Virus record (IMG/VR): IMGVR_UViG_3300018494_000026
DNA from: a virus
Strand: one strand, 5' to 3'
DNA length: 46,586 nt
The notes beneath the pieces were generated by a model that saw only the letters and a program-made list of their open reading frames with translations, ran no database searches and was not told the DNA's origin. Positions 33,017-41,179 of the stretch are shown here, in pieces. A program made the translations under genes and the position numbers. How positions within the stretch are numbered: the stretch's first letter is position 1; every line of letters starts with the position of its first letter.

Positions 33017-33620
33017 CGTTGTCCATAACTGGAAGGTCTTCGGCCTTGAAGACAGTGTGAGGGCAAGCAAGTATCCATATGCGGTTGACGTGGATGATGT
33101 GGCCTACGGCATCACGGACAATGTGCGGAAGCTGGCGAACGCTCCCAAGGGCAGCGGTCACGATCAGTTCCTTACGGGGATCATCGTGCAGTTTGACCTG
33201 ACCTTCTCCATCAAGGCATGGGTGGAGGCGGAACGGTATCACTTCCTTGACTTTGTGTCAAGTCAAAGCACGATGCACCGAATTGAGCGGTTTGAGCCGT
33301 TGATGCAGTGCAACGAGTATGTGACCCCTGCCACCATTCAGGAAATGATTCGGCTGCTGGATGTGTACAAGGCCGACCCTACGCCTGAAAACAGGCTGCG
33401 GCTGCTGTACAACATTCCTACTGGTTTCCGGCTGACTGCCCGAATGACAACGAACTACAGGCAGTTGAAGACAATTTACAGCCAGCGCAAGACGCACAGA
33501 CTGCCGGAATGGCGGGAGTTCTGCAAGTGGGTGGAGGGACTGCCCCATTCCTACTTCATCACGGGAGGTGACAACAATGTCGGAGAACAGCAATCCGAAA
33601 CAATGTCAGAGAGTTCTTGA
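33009..33620 (+). CDS. ThyX-like (flavin-dependent thymidylate synthase fold) protein lacking the canonical RHR motif
   Basis: ATG 33009. GSGHDQFLTGIIVQFDLTFSIKAWVEAERYHFLDFVSSQSTMH aligns by eye to the ThyX segment gH.tpfEh..ftF.v......r...RHR..S...S.RY. The later segment LLYNIPTGFRLTARMTTNYRQLKTIYSQR aligns to ARivLP....t....t.NaR.l.nf..lR. Confidence 0.55.
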   Translation: MNNVVHNWKVFGLEDSVRASKYPYAVDVDDVAYGITDNVRKLANAPKGSGHDQFLTGIIVQFDLTFSIKAWVEAERYHFLDFVSSQSTMHRIERFEPLMQCNEYVTPATIQEMIRLLDVYKADPTPENRLRLLYNIPTGFRLTARMTTNYRQLKTIYSQRKTHRLPEWREFCKWVEGLPHSYFITGGDNNVGEQQSETMSESS

Positions 33621-33813
33621 CTACATGCGCAAGCACGGGAGTATAACGCAGTTTGAAGCATCGGTACATTTGAGCGTTCAGCGGTTGCCCTCCCGAATAT
33701 TTGAAATCAGAAACCAGGGTTATACGGTAAAAAGTGAACGTGTAACTGTCATCAATCAGTTTGGCGAAAAGTGCCGTCCTGCACGGTATTGGCTGGAGGA
33801 TGAAAAGCAATGA
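33577..33813 (+). CDS. Winged-helix DNA-binding protein (HTH_39-like)
   Basis: ATG 33577 lies 8 nt after GGAGG. The pattern is NPKQCQRVLDYMRKHGSITQFEA...RLPSRIFEIRNQGY. Confidence 0.65.
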   Translation: MSENSNPKQCQRVLDYMRKHGSITQFEASVHLSVQRLPSRIFEIRNQGYTVKSERVTVINQFGEKCRPARYWLEDEKQ

Positions 33814-34178
33814 CCATGACAAGACAGCAACGCAGGAAACTGGAACGTGAACTGGTGAAGAAGGCTTCTGACCTGAACGCCTACCGCAAGGCAAATCCGA
33901 TGGCTGAGGCTGTCCATTATCAGGGCTATGAGGAGGGCTGGAAGGCCGCGTGTGACTTCTGCATGCGGGTATGCTACGCCGCTTCCACCCTTGCTCTGCA
34001 CGACCTGGAGGGCTACGGAACGAAGCGTAATACACGTTTCCTGCGGAAGATGGACTGGTACGTCACAAACACGTTGACCAGCGAGGAGATCATTGATGAG
34101 GCATTCGCCAAGGGCGGGGTGGCAATCAATTTCAAAGCACCATTTGACGAAGACAGAGTACAGGAGGCAGGGAAATGA
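33810..34178 (+). CDS. Hypothetical protein
   Basis: ORF track, with an ATGA overlap with the upstream gene. Confidence 0.6.
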   Translation: MTMTRQQRRKLERELVKKASDLNAYRKANPMAEAVHYQGYEEGWKAACDFCMRVCYAASTLALHDLEGYGTKRNTRFLRKMDWYVTNTLTSEEIIDEAFAKGGVAINFKAPFDEDRVQEAGK

Positions 34179-34456
34179 ACGTTGTGATTGCGCTGTGTCT
34201 GATTGCCCTGGGGATGTGCATTGATGCGTACTATCAGAGCAGAATCCGCATTGCCGAATGTGACGCATACGAAACCGGGTATCAGCAGGGCAAGAAGGAA
34301 GAAGATATCAGGATTGAAGTATGGACAAAGCTGGTCGGCGAGTACCTGCCTGTGGATGCGCCGAAGCCCCCGTCAATGGAAGCTCCTGTCAGTATGCCGG
34401 ACACGTTTGAAGAACGGATGCGGAAGCATGGACGGGCTGTCGTGAAGCTGAAGTGA
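34175..34456 (+). CDS. Small membrane protein (N-terminal TM)
   Basis: ORF track, with an ATGA overlap. The hydrophobic N-terminus is MNVVIALCLIALGMCI. Confidence 0.6.
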   Translation: MNVVIALCLIALGMCIDAYYQSRIRIAECDAYETGYQQGKKEEDIRIEVWTKLVGEYLPVDAPKPPSMEAPVSMPDTFEERMRKHGRAVVKLK

Positions 34457-34468
34457 GGGGGATACATA

Positions 34469-34783
34469 GTGCATAAGTGCGAAGGATGCAGATTCGTTGG
34501 TGAACATCAGGAAATGGGGTTTTGTGCTACAAAAGTTTGCACAAAGACTATGAATCTTGAGTACGCAGCAAAGGCGTATGCTGCGAAGAGATGCCCATTC
34601 AAGATCGTTACGCCTGCTGACAAGCTGAAGCAGGCGGTGGAGGACATCCGCATGCTGGGTCGCATGGGAGTAAATGTCTGCGCTGTGTGCGCTCATTACA
34701 ATCACGGCGCGGGTGATCCGAAGCATTGCCCCAAGGCTCTGAAAGAGAACTGCTTTGAATGGCGAGGCATAAAGGAGGGCTGA
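34469..34783 (+). CDS. Cys-rich protein with the MHKCExC..GEHQEMGF module (copy 1)
   Basis: GTG start 8 nt after GAGGGGG. The N-terminal module is shared with 35588..36052. Confidence 0.6.
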   Translation: MHKCEGCRFVGEHQEMGFCATKVCTKTMNLEYAAKAYAAKRCPFKIVTPADKLKQAVEDIRMLGRMGVNVCAVCAHYNHGAGDPKHCPKALKENCFEWRGIKEG

Positions 34784-34786
34784 CAG

Positions 34787-34969
34787 ATGGATCAGAGATG
34801 GTATGAAATGACTATCAGTAAGTTTGTTGACCAGGTGTTGAGTGGTGAAAAGACGCTTTTGCAGATTGAAAGGCACATGGCAAAGAACGGTTGGTCACAA
34901 AAGAACATTGATATGACCATGCAGCACGTTAGGGACGAGATTTCACGGAGGAAGAAGGGCAATGGCTAA
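34787..34969 (+). CDS. Hypothetical protein
   Basis: ORF track, with RBS GGAGGG. Confidence 0.5.
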   Translation: MDQRWYEMTISKFVDQVLSGEKTLLQIERHMAKNGWSQKNIDMTMQHVRDEISRRKKGNG

Positions 34970-35288
34970 CAAGTTCATTTTCAGCACGGAGATCATTCCG
35001 CAGAAGTTGCGCTTCCTGGCGGAAGAGTATCACCGTCACCACGGGGACGATCATATCCAGGCGGTGATGCTTTACCGGGTGTCTGACCGCAATGACGGCA
35101 GCGGTGGCATTGAATGGCTCTTGACCCGTTACCACGACAAGCAAGGTAAGGCGTACAGTTCTATCCTCATTGTAGAGCATGACGGCAGGGAGGAATATCT
35201 GCAAGAGATGTTCTTCAATGTGCGGAAGAAGGAAAAGGCCATGATTGAGGCATGGAAGGCGTTTGTGGAGGAAGAAGATGCAGAATGA
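34962..35288 (+). CDS. Hypothetical protein
   Basis: ORF track. The start overlaps the upstream stop. Confidence 0.55.
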   Translation: MANKFIFSTEIIPQKLRFLAEEYHRHHGDDHIQAVMLYRVSDRNDGSGGIEWLLTRYHDKQGKAYSSILIVEHDGREEYLQEMFFNVRKKEKAMIEAWKAFVEEEDAE

Positions 35289-35595
35289 CCTGATTAGCAG
35301 GAAGCCTCTTATTGACATGCTGCAATGCGTTGAGGATAACATTTTCGCAGAAGCAATGCGAGAGGTAAACCCGAATAAGGCTTTTGTTGCTGGTGTGGTG
35401 CAGGAGGTCAAGAACCAGGTGCTTGCCCTTCCTGGCGTGGACGCTGTGCCGGTGGTGCATGGGCGGTGGGTGTACGACAGACCGAATCACTACAAGTGCT
35501 CCGTGTGCGGGGCTATGTGGAGCGGCGTGGCGCGGTTTATGGGCTACTGCCCCAACTGCGGCGCGAAGATGGACGGAGGTGCGCCTGATGCATAA
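35278..35595 (+). CDS. Hypothetical protein with a C-terminal zinc ribbon
   Basis: Frame of track ORF 35245..35595, starting at ATG 35278 after GGAGGAAG. The C-terminus is YKCSVCG...YCPNCGAKM. Confidence 0.6.
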   Translation: MQNDLISRKPLIDMLQCVEDNIFAEAMREVNPNKAFVAGVVQEVKNQVLALPGVDAVPVVHGRWVYDRPNHYKCSVCGAMWSGVARFMGYCPNCGAKMDGGAPDA

Positions 35596-36052
35596 GTGCG
35601 AAACGTGCAAGTATTGTGGAGAACATCAAGAAATGGGTTTCAACCCGGTTGGTGTATGCCATATGGAACACAATCTGCATAGAGCGATCCTTGCCTACAA
35701 TGCCAAGGAATGCCCGTTTAAGGAAAAGACTGCGCCGAAACTGGAGTTTAACCGCAAGATTGGCAACATTGAGGTTCGCGCCTGTCCTGCTGGGCTGGGG
35801 AAGCCTTGCAAGGGCAAGCCCAACGACACCATTGACGTTGTGATGTGGAATGAGGATGCAGACGGCAAGCCTTGGCGTTTCTCCATCGCCTACTTTAAGC
35901 GCGGCAACGAAGGCTATTCCCTGCACTTCGTTGGAGCAAGGCCGTTTATGTACGTTGCGGAGGAGCGAGTGCCGGAACTGTGGGAAGCCTTGCATGAGGC
36001 ACAGAAGGTGCTTGATGGCTGGTTTTATGATACGGAGTGGATGAACGAATGA
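35588..36052 (+). CDS. Protein with the MHKCExC..GEHQEMGF module (copy 2) and a unique C-terminal domain
   Basis: Frame of track ORF 35384..36052. ATG 35588 overlaps the upstream stop (ATGCATAA). Confidence 0.6.
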   Translation: MHKCETCKYCGEHQEMGFNPVGVCHMEHNLHRAILAYNAKECPFKEKTAPKLEFNRKIGNIEVRACPAGLGKPCKGKPNDTIDVVMWNEDADGKPWRFSIAYFKRGNEGYSLHFVGARPFMYVAEERVPELWEALHEAQKVLDGWFYDTEWMNE

Positions 36053-36375
36053 ACGGAATAAAAATCCCTGCGCACAGCATTTTAATGTTGACCCGAATCA
36101 AACAGGCAATCCTGGATGATAACGTGTTGGCATCAAAAATTACTGGATGCGGAAGTATTGCGGCGGCGAATTACATTGATGAGTTGATCGCCAACGCAAG
36201 CAAGATGGAAACCCAGTATCACGATTACAAGCGCATGTATGAACTCAAGCATGAACAGGTGCAAGACTTTTTCGCCGTTCTTCATTGTGATCCTGACGAT
36301 TTGACGGATGAGCAGAAAGCTGAACTGGATGCGCTGGTTGCGAAGTGGGACAGGAGAATGGCGAACGATGATTGA
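36049..36375 (+). CDS. Hypothetical protein
   Basis: Frame of track ORF 36037..36375. ATG 36049 overlaps the upstream stop (ATGA). Confidence 0.55.
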   Translation: MNGIKIPAHSILMLTRIKQAILDDNVLASKITGCGSIAAANYIDELIANASKMETQYHDYKRMYELKHEQVQDFFAVLHCDPDDLTDEQKAELDALVAKWDRRMANDD

Positions 36376-36562
36376 AATCAAATGTAGCAAGCGGCAGAAA
36401 AAGATCATCCAAGCATCTCTCCTAAACCCGGAAGGGTGTTTGTGGCCACAAAAGCAACTGACGTGTATCTATGATCCCAACATGGATTGCAAGAAATGCT
36501 TTGAGAACAACATCAAGTGGATTCATCCAGAGAAAAGGAGGATTGTTCGTGAAAAGCGCTGA
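36368..36562 (+). CDS. Small Cys-containing protein
   Basis: Frame of track ORF 36308..36562. ATG 36368 overlaps the upstream stop. Confidence 0.5.
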   Translation: MIEIKCSKRQKKIIQASLLNPEGCLWPQKQLTCIYDPNMDCKKCFENNIKWIHPEKRRIVREKR

Positions 36563-37091
36563 CGAGATCAAGAAGGGAATTGATTGGGACGAGGTTGACA
36601 ATTCGTTGCAGAAAGTGCGTTTTGATGATGCTGGCGATGGCGATGTAAAGAAACCTAAGACCCCGGAAGAGATCAAGAAGGGGCTGGAGATCACGTCCAA
36701 CGATTGTTTGATGTGTGCATGCTGTATCACCGATTGCCCGTATGATTTAGAATGCCACCCCGGCAATGAAGAAACGAACACCAATGTGCCTAAAGCAATG
36801 TTGCGTGATGCCCTCGCCCTCATCCAGCAGCTTGAAGCAGAGTTGAGGGACACAAAGACTAATCACCAGCACACCATTGACATTGCTGAAAGGCAGAAAG
36901 GCCAAATTGACAAGCTAAAAAAGGTTATAGTCAGGCTGAATGCGGAACGGGATGCGGCGGTGAGGGATTGTGGATGTTTCCCATGCCAAACGTGCGAGGA
37001 ACGTGAAAACGGCGATTTGTGTTCCATGTGCGAGATCAATGGCGGATACCGTTCATTCCATCAATGGCGCGGCGTACAGAAGGAGGAATGA
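36549..37091 (+). CDS. Hypothetical coiled-coil / Cys-rich protein
   Basis: Frame of track ORF 36471..37091. GTG 36549 follows GGAGG. It has a coiled coil (LIQQLEAELRD...QIDKLKKVIVRLNAERD) and Cys clusters. Confidence 0.55.
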   Translation: MKSADEIKKGIDWDEVDNSLQKVRFDDAGDGDVKKPKTPEEIKKGLEITSNDCLMCACCITDCPYDLECHPGNEETNTNVPKAMLRDALALIQQLEAELRDTKTNHQHTIDIAERQKGQIDKLKKVIVRLNAERDAAVRDCGCFPCQTCEERENGDLCSMCEINGGYRSFHQWRGVQKEE

Positions 37092-37094
37092 CAA

Positions 37095-37451
37095 ATGGTC
37101 GGAATCAGGCACGGCGATGGCATGCTGTTTATACAGAAGAGTGACGGCGAACTTGAACCGTTGGGCGAGGTCGCTGAAAGCATGGTGTATGAGCCTGTTG
37201 TGGACGGTTACGGGGCGGAAATTCATCAGATCGCCACGGAAGCAGAAGCCACAATAACGTTGAATCTGACAAAACAGCAGATTGATAATTTCCTCATGGA
37301 AGTATACGGCATCAGGAAGATGGTGCTTGACATGGTGGGTGGCGGGATTGCACATCTGGGCCGTCACAGTCGCAAACGCAAGACACGCAAAAAGAATGTC
37401 CGAAGGGCAATTCGGATGCTGGAAAGGATGGCGGGACAATGTACTTGGTAA
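37095..37451 (+). CDS. Hypothetical protein with a basic C-terminus
   Basis: ORF track. Confidence 0.55.
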   Translation: MVGIRHGDGMLFIQKSDGELEPLGEVAESMVYEPVVDGYGAEIHQIATEAEATITLNLTKQQIDNFLMEVYGIRKMVLDMVGGGIAHLGRHSRKRKTRKKNVRRAIRMLERMAGQCTW

Positions 37452-37618
37452 AGATTCGCCTTGACAATGGCAGCGAGGTTCAGTATTCGGAATCTTCCAT
37501 CCTCCGGGCGGCTGCGAGGGTGGAGGACTACCGGGAACACATGGTGTTCTGTGATATACAACTGATAAAGGAGGATGGAAAGGATGGCGGAGGTAAAGTG
37601 GATCAAGATAACAACTGA
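37439..37618 (+). CDS. Possible small ORF (59 aa, below the ORF-track cut-off)
   Basis: My own translation gives MYLVKIRLDNGSEVQYSESSILRAAARVEDYREHMVFCDIQLIKEDG... It overlaps both neighbours. Confidence 0.35.
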   Translation: MYLVKIRLDNGSEVQYSESSILRAAARVEDYREHMVFCDIQLIKEDGKDGGGKVDQDNN

Positions 37619-38381
37619 CATTTTTGATGATGAGAAGATCCTTCTCATCGAAAGTCTGCCGGATGCATACGCAATCATTGTTGTCTGGTTTAAGCTGCTC
37701 TGCCTGGCTGGAAAGCAGAATAATAGCGGCGTGTTCATGATGAACAATCAGATTGCATATACAGACAAGATGCTTGCTACCATTTTTCGCATGAAGGAAA
37801 GCACTGTGCAGCTTGCGTTAACTACGTTTCAGCAATTCGGCATGGTAGAGATCATCGACGGTGTTATCACCATTCCCAACTGGGGCAAGCATCAAAACCT
37901 TGACCAACTGGAGAACAAAAAAGAGTACATGCGCAATTACATGCAGGAATACCGGGCAAAACAGAAGTTGCTTGCTGGTAAAACTGACTGTAAAACTAAC
38001 AGTAAAACTAATGTTAGCATAGCAGATAAAGATATAGAGTTAGAAGAAGAGAAAGAAAAAGAAGAAGATAAGAAGATTTATATAGATGTGGTTGCGTATC
38101 TCAACGAAAAAGCCGGGACGAAATATCGTGCATCAGCAGAGAAAACAAAGAAGCTGATTCATGCACGACTCGCAGAGGGTTTCACGCTGGAGGACTTCAA
38201 GACAGTTATTGATAACAAGTGTGCTGATTGGCTGAATACAGATTATGCGAAGTTTCTCCGGCCTGAGACGCTTTTCAGCCCTAAATTCGAGGGTTATCTA
38301 AATCAAAAGGGAGTTGGCAAACATGGACGATTTGAAAACACTGCTTCAGCAGTCGGAGGGTCTATCGGGACTTGGCTCTGA
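37584..38381 (+). CDS. Phage replisome organizer (DnaD-like N-terminal domain plus conserved phage C-terminal domain)
   Basis: ATG 37584 lies 9 nt after AAGGAGG. The N-terminus (VKWIKITTDIFDDEKILLIESLPDAYAIIVVWFKLLCLAGK) is typical of replisome organizers. The C-terminus (IDVVAYLNEKAGTKYRASAEKTKKLIHARLAEGFTLEDFKTVIDNK) is typical of the conserved phage C-terminal domain. Confidence 0.85.
   Translation: MAEVKWIKITTDIFDDEKILLIESLPDAYAIIVVWFKLLCLAGKQNNSGVFMMNNQIAYTDKMLATIFRMKESTVQLALTTFQQFGMVEIIDGVITIPNWGKHQNLDQLENKKEYMRNYMQEYRAKQKLLAGKTDCKTNSKTNVSIADKDIELEEEKEKEEDKKIYIDVVAYLNEKAGTKYRASAEKTKKLIHARLAEGFTLEDFKTVIDNKCADWLNTDYAKFLRPETLFSPKFEGYLNQKGVGKHGRFENTASAVGGSIGTWL
37978..38013 (+). repeat. 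Three tandem 12-bp iteron-like repeats (GTAAAACTnnnn) inside the replisome-organizer gene
   Basis: gtaaaact occurs at 37978, 37990 and 38002. A purine-rich, AT-rich tract follows at 38019-38090. Confidence 0.6.
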
Positions 38382-39195
38382 TGGATCTGAATTGACACAG
38401 CAGGAAAGGGAGCAGCTAAAGGCTGACTTCTACAATGCCTCTGAAGGGGATATGCACGAGACTGACGGCTATGACTGCCGAATCTGCAAGAATAAGGGTT
38501 ATATTTCCGTGGTTGTGCAGAATGCAATGTACGGCTATTTCTGCGAACAGCTAACCCCTTGCAAGTGCTGGAAGGTACGAAGTGCAATCAATAAGCTGGC
38601 CCGTTCTGGCTTGAAAAATGCAGTCAAGGCGTACACGTTCGACAAGTACGAAACGCCGGATGCATGGCAGAAGCACATCAAAGATACGGCATTGCGTTTC
38701 TGCCAGGATCAGCAGAACCACTGGTTCTATATTGGCGGTCAGAGTGGAGCAGGGAAAACCCACATTTGCACGGCGATTGCTGTACACTACATTCGGCAAG
38801 GCATGGAAGCCCGCTATATGCTCTGGCGTGATGAAATCGTCCGCATTAAGGCTCTTGTCAATGACCAGGCCGAATATACAAAGATCATGCAGGAATTGAA
38901 AACAGTTCCCGTGTTATACATAGATGACCTATTCAAAGTGGGAGAATCCCACGATAAGCAAGCCAGACCGACAACAGGCGATATTAACGCTGCTTTTGAG
39001 ATCATCAATCACAGGTACGCAAACCCTGGTTTGATAACGATTATTAGCAGCGAAAAGACATTGCCTGAGCTGCTGGAAATTGACGAAGCCACTGCCGGAC
39101 GAATTGCAGAACGTTCAAAAGCTGGCGGCTATTGCGTCAATCTGAAGAAGGACAGCAAGCGCAATTGGCGGTTGCGCGGTCTGGATGAGTTATGA
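38323..39195 (+). CDS. DnaC/IstB-like AAA+ helicase loader
   Basis: Frame of track ORF 38314..39195, starting at ATG 38323. Walker A is GGQSGAGKTH and Walker B is VLYIDDL. Confidence 0.85.
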   Translation: MDDLKTLLQQSEGLSGLGSDGSELTQQEREQLKADFYNASEGDMHETDGYDCRICKNKGYISVVVQNAMYGYFCEQLTPCKCWKVRSAINKLARSGLKNAVKAYTFDKYETPDAWQKHIKDTALRFCQDQQNHWFYIGGQSGAGKTHICTAIAVHYIRQGMEARYMLWRDEIVRIKALVNDQAEYTKIMQELKTVPVLYIDDLFKVGESHDKQARPTTGDINAAFEIINHRYANPGLITIISSEKTLPELLEIDEATAGRIAERSKAGGYCVNLKKDSKRNWRLRGLDEL

Positions 39196-39207
39196 GGGGG
39201 TGATGAT

Positions 39208-39684
39208 ATGGCAGAAACAGTACGCAAGGCGAAAGAATATCTTTGCAGGATAGGCCGTTGCGATGATCGGATAAACGCCATGTTGGAAGAGGTGGACAAC
39301 CTATACGACATGGTAACAAAGATCACCCCAACGCTAAAGCAGGACGTTGTAACAGGTGGAGGATCACAAGACAAAATCGGTGATGCTGTGTCGAAAATCG
39401 TAGACCTGAAAGACGAGATCAACCGCAGGATTGATTATTATATCGACCTGAAGAAAGAGGCAAATGCTTTGCTTGACCAGGTAGACAACCATTTGTATTA
39501 TATCATCCTATATCGGCGGTATATGCTGGGTGAATCGTTTGAGTATATCGCGGCTGAGATGAATTATACTTACAGATGGGTCTGTATTCTTCACGGAAGG
39601 GCCTTACAAGCCTTTGCGGAGGTAATGCCGGATAAATCCTCGTCCGAAGCTGGAACGGCTGAGAAGGGGCAAAATAGGGCTTAA
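39208..39684 (+). CDS. Sigma-70 region-4-like late transcription regulator (DUF1492/ArpU-like)
   Basis: The C-terminal HTH (YIILYRRYMLGESFEYIAAEMNYTYRWVCILHGRALQAF) resembles sigma region 4. It is the last gene of the early operon, ahead of the packaging genes. Confidence 0.6.
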   Translation: MAETVRKAKEYLCRIGRCDDRINAMLEEVDNLYDMVTKITPTLKQDVVTGGGSQDKIGDAVSKIVDLKDEINRRIDYYIDLKKEANALLDQVDNHLYYIILYRRYMLGESFEYIAAEMNYTYRWVCILHGRALQAFAEVMPDKSSSEAGTAEKGQNRA

Positions 39685-39732
39685 ATGGCATATAGCAAAA
39701 CGACGGCGAATAATGCCGGAAAGGGTTAAAAG

Positions 39733-40344
39733 ATGAACGGCAAGAAATACGAATTGACCACGGAAACAAAGGTTGTGTTTGGTCGGACGCTGTACAGGAT
39801 TCGCGCCTTGATTGCATTCAGCAATGTTGATGCTGGTGAGCTGGGCGGCTGGATTGAGAAGGAAAGCAACCTTGCACAAGACGGCAATGCGTGGGTATAC
39901 GGCGATGCGTGGGTATACGGCGATGCGCGGGTATACGGCGATGCGCGGGTATCCGGCAATGCGCGGGTATCCTGCAATGCGTGGGTATACGGCAATGCGT
40001 GGGTATCCGGCAATGCGTGGGTATACGGCAATGCGTGGGTATACGGCGATGCGTGGGTATACGGCAATGCGTTGGTATCCGGCAATGCGTGGGTATCCGG
40101 CGATGCGCGGGTAGTGAAACCTGTTCATTTGCTGACAATCGGGGCCATTGGATCACGCAATGGGTGTACAACCTTTTTCCGCACGAAAGATAAGCAAATC
40201 AAAGTTTCCTGCGGTTGCTTCCTGGGGACTATTGCAGAGTTTGCCGAAAAAGTCAAGCAGACCCACGGAGACAGCAAACACGCGAAAACGTATGCTATTG
40301 CCATTGAACTTGCAAAAGCACAAATTGAAGATGTGGAAGGGTAA
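39733..40344 (+). CDS. Hexapeptide-repeat (left-handed beta-helix-like) protein
   Basis: It contains 13 consecutive G[ND]A[WR]V[YS] hexapeptides. The flanking N-terminus (YELTTETKVVFGRTLYRIRALI...GELGGWIE) and C-terminus (CGCFLGTIAEFAEKV) belong to a family that recurs in Firmicutes phages. Confidence 0.8.
   Translation: MNGKKYELTTETKVVFGRTLYRIRALIAFSNVDAGELGGWIEKESNLAQDGNAWVYGDAWVYGDARVYGDARVSGNARVSCNAWVYGNAWVSGNAWVYGNAWVYGDAWVYGNALVSGNAWVSGDARVVKPVHLLTIGAIGSRNGCTTFFRTKDKQIKVSCGCFLGTIAEFAEKVKQTHGDSKHAKTYAIAIELAKAQIEDVEG
39883..40116 (+). repeat. 13 tandem copies of an 18-bp unit (consensus ggcaatgcgtgggtatac)
   Basis: I counted the units directly. They differ at only 1-4 positions. The array has no stop codon in any of the six frames. 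Confidence 0.9.
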
Positions 40345-40351
40345 CTACACG

Positions 40352-40381
40352 AAAAAAAGGCGGCTGTTTAGCCGTCTTTTT
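40352..40381. terminator. Bidirectional terminator between convergent genes
   Basis: An A7 run, then the stem ggcggct / agccgtc (7 bp, one G-U pair, GTTT loop), then a T5 run. Confidence 0.75.
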
Positions 40382-40382
40382 A

Positions 40383-40595
40383 TTATGCCGCCATCAGCAC
40401 AAACAGAACAAGCATCAGCGGAACACAGACCGCAAGCACGCACTGCGCGCCAAAACCTGCAAAGGGGTTGAAGGGTCTTTTAACATCCGCTTGCCATGTC
40501 CAATAGCGGCGCGGGGTCTGGGCGTATCTGCTCCAGGAAATATCATTCTTGCGCTTGATGTCTTGCATCAGGATCAGCTTTTCACGGGTGGTCAT
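40383..40595 (-). CDS. Leftward operon gene 6: small tail-anchored membrane protein (70 aa)
   Basis: Internal start of track ORF 40383..40682. The ATG overlaps the upstream stop (ATGA) and is preceded by GGAGGG. The C-terminal TM is FGAQCVLAVCVPLMLVLFVLMAA. Confidence 0.65.
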   Translation of the reverse strand: MTTREKLILMQDIKRKNDISWSRYAQTPRRYWTWQADVKRPFNPFAGFGAQCVLAVCVPLMLVLFVLMAA

Positions 40596-40825
40596 TTGCT
40601 TTCCCTCCTGTTTTCGCTGAAGAAGTAAAGATAAAGTGTTTTCAATTCCGCGCCGGAGATAATGCCCATTTGGCACAAGCATTCAAGAAATCCTCTTAAT
40701 TTGCCGGAGCTTTTCTCAAATTCCGCTTTCAGCGCATTTTCCCTTGCACGGTTGATAATGAAGGATAAAACCTTGCAGTATTCCAACTGTTTTTCGTTCA
40801 GCTTTGCAAGCGCGTTTTTTGTCAT
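40592..40825 (-). CDS. Leftward operon gene 5: helical 77-aa protein
   Basis: ORF track, with GGAG 8 nt upstream. Confidence 0.65.
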   Translation of the reverse strand: MTKNALAKLNEKQLEYCKVLSFIINRARENALKAEFEKSSGKLRGFLECLCQMGIISGAELKTLYLYFFSENRRESK

Positions 40826-40829
40826 GTTA

Positions 40830-41165
40830 TCAACTCCTTTTCACAACCAAACCGGACACGTCAATCATGCAGCTATATCCGGGAATATATCCTTGCATCA
40901 TGGCAAATTTGCAGTGTTTGAATTGGTGACAAAATATGAAATCCTTTCGGCGGGGGAGCTGCAATCCGTAGTTCTTTTTTGTGGCCTCTGTCAAGCGTGG
41001 GAAGTCGGGCGCGTCAATGTTTATCCGTTTTCCTGCCCAGTGCCCAAACAGCTTATACCATCCGGTTTTGGCGTTGTATTTGACTTGCAGAAGGTTTCTT
41101 TCCTGCTCATGGGGGATAGTCGCGTCAAGTTCGATATACTTTTCATATGTCAATGTGGGGTACAT
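40830..41165 (-). CDS. Leftward operon gene 4: 111-aa protein (Cys/His-containing)
   Basis: ORF track, with AAGGAGG 7 nt upstream. Confidence 0.65.
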   Translation of the reverse strand: MYPTLTYEKYIELDATIPHEQERNLLQVKYNAKTGWYKLFGHWAGKRINIDAPDFPRLTEATKKNYGLQLPRRKDFIFCHQFKHCKFAMMQGYIPGYSCMIDVSGLVVKRS

Positions 41166-41179
41166 TGCTTTTCCTCCTT

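Noticed and set aside
39883-40116. The tandem repeat array considered as a possible CRISPR array
   Set aside because: The units are contiguous 18-mers with no spacers, lie inside a coding frame and encode a regular hexapeptide. There are no cas genes.
39604-40193. Five long ORFs overlapping the hexapeptide gene in other frames and strands (39604..40128-, 39726..40085-, 39812..40114+, 39818..40171-, 39891..40193+)
   Set aside because: They exist only because the 18-bp repeat unit lacks stop codons in all six frames. They have no RBS, and their products are low-complexity. Only the 39733..40344 frame has recognisable flanking domains.
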